Origin: an uncultured Planctomycetaceae bacterium
GTDB lineage: Bacteria > Planctomycetota > UBA1135 > GCA-002686595
Reading direction: 5' to 3'
Assembly: GCA_964509445.1 (NCBI GenBank)
Contig: CAZDYS010000003.1
Span: 1 to 28,575, forward strand
Length of the DNA: 28,575 nt
Shown here: positions 24,875 to 28,575 of the stretch, one piece after another
How positions within the stretch are numbered: the stretch's first letter is position 1
Layout of the letters: each line of letters opens with the position of its first letter
Made by a program: the position numbers and the translations under genes
Notes under the pieces: model-generated
Seen by the model: only the letters and a program-made list of their open reading frames with translations
Told to the model about the DNA's origin: nothing
Database searches by the model: none

Positions 24875-26392
24875 GTGAACCGTCTCGTCTTCCTCTCCGC
24901 CGCCCTGGCCGGACTCGCGTGTCTCGGGTGTGGCGCCGCCTCCTCGGACCGACCGAACATCGTGCTGGTCGTGGTCGACACGCTGCGTGGCGACGCGCCG
25001 CTCCGGGCCGAGCTCGACACGCCGGAGTTCGACCGCCTGGCCGAGGACGGGATCGTGTTCCCGCACGCGTTCAGTCATGCGCCGATGACGCTGCCCTCGC
25101 ACACGGCGCTGTTCTCCTCGCGCCCCCCGTTCCGCACGGGGGTCCTGAACAACTGGCAGGAGGTGCCCTCGGAGCTGCCGCTCTTCGCCGAGTGGCTGCA
25201 GAAGGCGGGCTACCAGACGCGCGCGGTCGTGAGCCTGGGCACGCTCAACCCGAGAGGCGACGAGGTCGCGCTCGACCGGGGCTTCGATTCCTACGACGTC
25301 GACTACTGGCACATGGACCTCGCGTCCGCCGCCGTCGAGCGCATCCGGGCGACCCTGGACGCGTTCGAGCCCGACGACCCGTTCTTCCTGTTCGCCCACT
25401 TCTCCGACCCGCACGCGCCCTACAACGATCACGCCGGCGAGCGCACGGCGACCGTGATGCTCGACGGCGAGACGATCGACCAGCCGCGCACGTCGGTCAT
25501 GTCGCAGAAGTTCCACTCCCTGAGCCTCGAGCCCGGACGGCACACGGTCGAGTTGCGTTCCGACGAGGAGTTCCGCGTTCGTGACCTGGCGATGGTCCTC
25601 CCCGAAGGCGGCTACCTGAAGCTCGAGTACGAAGAGGGAGAGCGCATGAAGCCCACGCTCTACGCGCGGGCGACCGTGGAGGTGAAGCAGCCCGTCGACG
25701 CGACGCTTCGCTACTGGCTCTCCGAGGTCCACCCGGAGAAGGACATCCCGGCGCGCTACATCGGCGAGGTCGAGTGGATGCAGGCGCACATCGGCGCGTT
25801 GATCGACGAGCTGCAGGCGCGCGGCATGTGGGACGACGCGATCGTCGTGTTCACCTCCGACCACGGCGAGGCGCTGGGCGAGCGCAACGTGTACGGCCAC
25901 GTGCAGAACCTCTACGACGAGATGCTGCACGTCCCGCTAGTGATCAAGCCGGCCGATCCGCTCGCGCACACCGAGACGCTGCGCGCGCGGAGCGACGACC
26001 AGATCGCTCACCTCGACCTCGTCCCCACCCTGCTGGACATGGCCGGGCTGCCGCCGCTGCCGGGCGCGACCGGCGTCTCGCTGTTCGACGGGCGGACCGA
26101 CGTCTTGATCGCGCAGACGCACAAGCCCGAGGCATTGCGCGACTCCCTGTGCATGCGCGACGCGGCGTTCAAGATGATCTACTGGCCGGAGGAGGACGAG
26201 TTCGAGATGTACGACCTCGCCTCGGATCCGGAGGAGCAGAAGGACGTGTTCGGGGCGCGCAGCGGCGAGCGACCGGGTTGGGCAGACCAGCTGCGCGGCC
26301 TGGCCTCGATCGCGAAGGCGAACCAGGGCGGCCCCGAGGCCAGCGAAGAGACGCAGGCCATGCTCGAGGCGCTCGGCTACGCCGGCGACTGA
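24875..26392 (+). CDS. Sulfatase-like hydrolase/transferase (alkaline phosphatase superfamily), probable lipoprotein
   Basis: Possible lipobox LACLG-C; RPNIVLVVVDTLRGD, APMTLPSH, FSDPHAPY, TSDHGE, LYDEMLHVPL, EMYDLASDPEEQ. Confidence 0.9.
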   Translation: MNRLVFLSAALAGLACLGCGAASSDRPNIVLVVVDTLRGDAPLRAELDTPEFDRLAEDGIVFPHAFSHAPMTLPSHTALFSSRPPFRTGVLNNWQEVPSELPLFAEWLQKAGYQTRAVVSLGTLNPRGDEVALDRGFDSYDVDYWHMDLASAAVERIRATLDAFEPDDPFFLFAHFSDPHAPYNDHAGERTATVMLDGETIDQPRTSVMSQKFHSLSLEPGRHTVELRSDEEFRVRDLAMVLPEGGYLKLEYEEGERMKPTLYARATVEVKQPVDATLRYWLSEVHPEKDIPARYIGEVEWMQAHIGALIDELQARGMWDDAIVVFTSDHGEALGERNVYGHVQNLYDEMLHVPLVIKPADPLAHTETLRARSDDQIAHLDLVPTLLDMAGLPPLPGATGVSLFDGRTDVLIAQTHKPEALRDSLCMRDAAFKMIYWPEEDEFEMYDLASDPEEQKDVFGARSGERPGWADQLRGLASIAKANQGGPEASEETQAMLEALGYAGD

Positions 26393-26443
26393 GTCCTCTG
26401 GCCCCCCTGCGGCCTGCGCGTGCGCGTCGGAGGAGAGCCGCGC

Positions 26444-28240
26444 CTAGCCGCCGGGGACGGGCGCCCGTTCGCGGAGCCAGTCCGCGAGCTCTTGCTTGGA
26501 GATGCCCCCGCTCTCGTCCGCGTCGATCTCCTCGAACCACTTCGCCTGCTCCTTGGAGCACTCGTCGCGACCCAGCTGTCCGTCGCCGTTCTGGTCCCGC
26601 CGGAAGAACGCCTTGGTCGGGAATCCGGGCAGCGACGGTTCGTGGGAGGCGAAGCCGACGCGCTCGACCACGAAGCCGGGCTGAGGCGGCTCCAGGCTGA
26701 GCGAGATCAGCGTCCTGCGAGGCGCGTCCGCGGCCGCGAAGGGGCTCGGCAGGCGAATCGAGAACGGGCCCGCCTTCGTCACCTCGACCCGCTTCAGGCG
26801 GTGGTGGTCGACGTGCACGGACACGTGGAACGGCGTCGCCGCGTTCTCGGGAACGATGCCCTCGACCAGGAGGTCCGCGGGGCTGGAGGTCACGCTCAGC
26901 GCGGCCCACTTCTTCATTCCGTGGCTCACCCGCTCGGGCGGGGACTCGAACAGGTGCACGTTCCAGCCGTTCGCCAGGTGCTCCTGGTAGTCGTCGATCG
27001 CGAAGTCGAGGAACGTCACGTCCTCGTCCATCAGGTCGACGGGGGACACGGTGCGCGGCGGTTCGGGGAGCGAGCGCTCGTCCGAGGCGATCTTCTCCGC
27101 GAGGAGCCGCGCGGCGACCTCGTGTCCTCGCCAGGACAGGTGCCCGTCCTGCACGTAGAGACGCCAGTCCTCGCGCGAGGCCTCCCGCAGCGGGTCCAGG
27201 AGGAGCACCGCCTCGATGCCCTCTTCGTTCAAGTGGTTCGCGAGTCGCCGCTCCGGCAGGTTGAGGTCGAGCACGTGGCCGAGCTCCGCCTGCAGGACCT
27301 TGCGCGGCCAGGTCTCGAGCAGCGCGTGCGGACCGGCGACCTGGACCTGCACCATGAACGGGATCACGACGACGATCAGGCGAGCGCCCAGGCGCTCGGA
27401 CTCCTCGCGGGCCGCGACCAGGAGATCCTCCGTCTCGCGCCAGGCCACCTCCCAGGGATGTCCCTCCTCGTGTCCGCGGAAGACCTCGAGGGCTTCCGTC
27501 GGCGCGAGGCCGGCGCGCAGCCGCTCGGGGCTCGACATCTCCTTGCGCGGCGCGGTCTCCGCCGCGATCACGTTGCGCTCGAGGTGCGCGAAGCCGCGCG
27601 AGATGCGCCGGAAGAACGCCCGGATCGGATGCGCGTAGGTGACGTCCAGCTCGCCCTCGTCCGCCACCCGAACGTAGGGCCGGATGTAGTCGCCGGGGCT
27701 GACGGCGGTCTTGCCGGCGAGCGCGAGCGAGTTGTTGGCGACGTCGTTGTAGGGAAACGTGACCAGCACGATGACGTCCGGGTCGACCTGCTCGCCGTAG
27801 CGCTTCAGCATCAGGAGCTCCTGCCCCGTGCCGTAGTCGTCACAGCTCATGCAGTAGCTCTCGGTCGGCTGCCCGGCGCTCGTCAGCTGATCGCGGACGA
27901 CGCTCATCATGTGTCGCTCCTCCCGAACGCTCCACGCGTTCATGAAGGAGTCCCCGAGGAACAGGATGCGCTGGGCCGACTTGGGGGCGCCCGGCTCCGG
28001 CAGCTCGGGCCCGCGCGAGCCGTGGCTGTTGAGCCGGTACTCGAAGGTCCCGAGGTCGTCGCTGTTCCGCAGCGCGACGCTTCCACCGAAGCGGAACCCG
28101 AACTCCGGGTCGATGCGGATCGAGCGTGCGTGCGCGTGGTAGCCGGGGACCGGGAAGATCCGTCGCGAGACGAACTCGAAGACCCCGAGCAGGAGCACGA
28201 GCGTCACCACGCACACGAGAAGACGTGCGGCGAGCTTCAT
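26444..28240 (-). CDS. N-terminally anchored SGNH/GDSL-family hydrolase with C-terminal EF-hand pair, 598 aa
   Basis: Start MKLAARLLVCVVTLVLLLGVFEF (TM); ILFLGDSF, DYGTGQEL, YNDVANN, DGHLSWRGH; EF-hand loops DQNGDGQLGRDE and DADESGGISKQE. Confidence 0.85.
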   Translation of the reverse strand: MKLAARLLVCVVTLVLLLGVFEFVSRRIFPVPGYHAHARSIRIDPEFGFRFGGSVALRNSDDLGTFEYRLNSHGSRGPELPEPGAPKSAQRILFLGDSFMNAWSVREERHMMSVVRDQLTSAGQPTESYCMSCDDYGTGQELLMLKRYGEQVDPDVIVLVTFPYNDVANNSLALAGKTAVSPGDYIRPYVRVADEGELDVTYAHPIRAFFRRISRGFAHLERNVIAAETAPRKEMSSPERLRAGLAPTEALEVFRGHEEGHPWEVAWRETEDLLVAAREESERLGARLIVVVIPFMVQVQVAGPHALLETWPRKVLQAELGHVLDLNLPERRLANHLNEEGIEAVLLLDPLREASREDWRLYVQDGHLSWRGHEVAARLLAEKIASDERSLPEPPRTVSPVDLMDEDVTFLDFAIDDYQEHLANGWNVHLFESPPERVSHGMKKWAALSVTSSPADLLVEGIVPENAATPFHVSVHVDHHRLKRVEVTKAGPFSIRLPSPFAAADAPRRTLISLSLEPPQPGFVVERVGFASHEPSLPGFPTKAFFRRDQNGDGQLGRDECSKEQAKWFEEIDADESGGISKQELADWLRERAPVPGG

Positions 28241-28412
28241 GGGAGGCGTCGACCGACGGTAGCTCGCGAGACGGGATCCCGAAAGTGCCCCGAGGCTCCC
28301 GTGCCCGGGCTTTCCCCGAACGGCTCTGGCCCGTCGCCGTCCGGCGCGTAAGATCTTCGCCTTTCCCGTCGCGAGGGCGGGACCGCCACCCGGGCCACCA
28401 CGAGGTGCATTC

Positions 28413-28575
28413 ATGATCCAGCGGGCTCTGATCAGCGTTTCCGACAAGTCCGGGCTCGAGGGTTTTGCCCGCAATCTCGCGCAAATGGGCGTGGAGCTGC
28501 TCGCGACGGGAGGCACCTACCGGCTGATCGAAGGCGCGGGGATCCCGGTGCGCGAGGTCGCGAGCGTGACGGAGT
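28413..28575 (+). CDS. purH: Bifunctional AICAR transformylase/IMP cyclohydrolase, 5' part only
   Basis: [35 protein letters not shown]...GIPVREV matches the PurH N-terminus; runs off the window. Confidence 0.9.
   Translation, partial: MIQRALISVSDKSGLEGFARNLAQMGVELLATGGTYRLIEGAGIPVREVASVTE

Noticed and set aside
28241-28412. ZMP/ZTP (pfl) riboswitch before purH
   Set aside because: Only loose fragments (GTCGCGA, CCACCCGGG); the GACUG and CGCCUGGGC core elements were not found.
1-28575. CRISPR array, tRNA, rRNA, IS/transposase or prophage
   Set aside because: No regularly spaced direct repeats, cloverleaf, rRNA-like sequence, or transposase/integrase motifs were seen.

Overview
GC-rich bacterial DNA. 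The lineage cannot be determined here; a planctomycete-like diderm is a guess. The left two-thirds is a flagellar locus: two short tandem flagellins, fliD, fliS, a frameshifted FliT-like ORF, fliOPQR-flhB-flhA-flhF-flhG, a small membrane ORF, fliA, four unassigned genes (two small proteins, two lipoproteins), and a convergent flgM-like gene. Six sigma-28-like promoters of varying strength can be read directly. Divergent from the first flagellin is a block of three intact signalling genes: a sigma-54-activator-like protein, a histidine-kinase-like protein and a receiver/RsbW-like protein. Each lacks the catalytic residues of its family, and this is the most unusual element in the window. The right third holds an M1 aminopeptidase (split by a probable 1-bp indel) with a membrane partner, a YHS lipoprotein, sfsA preceded by a riboswitch-like structured leader, prfB with its programmed +1 frameshift, a Thr-type sulfatase-family lipoprotein, an SGNH hydrolase with EF-hands, and the start of purH. 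No CRISPR array, tRNA, rRNA or mobile element was seen. All family calls come from manual motif recognition, not database searches.
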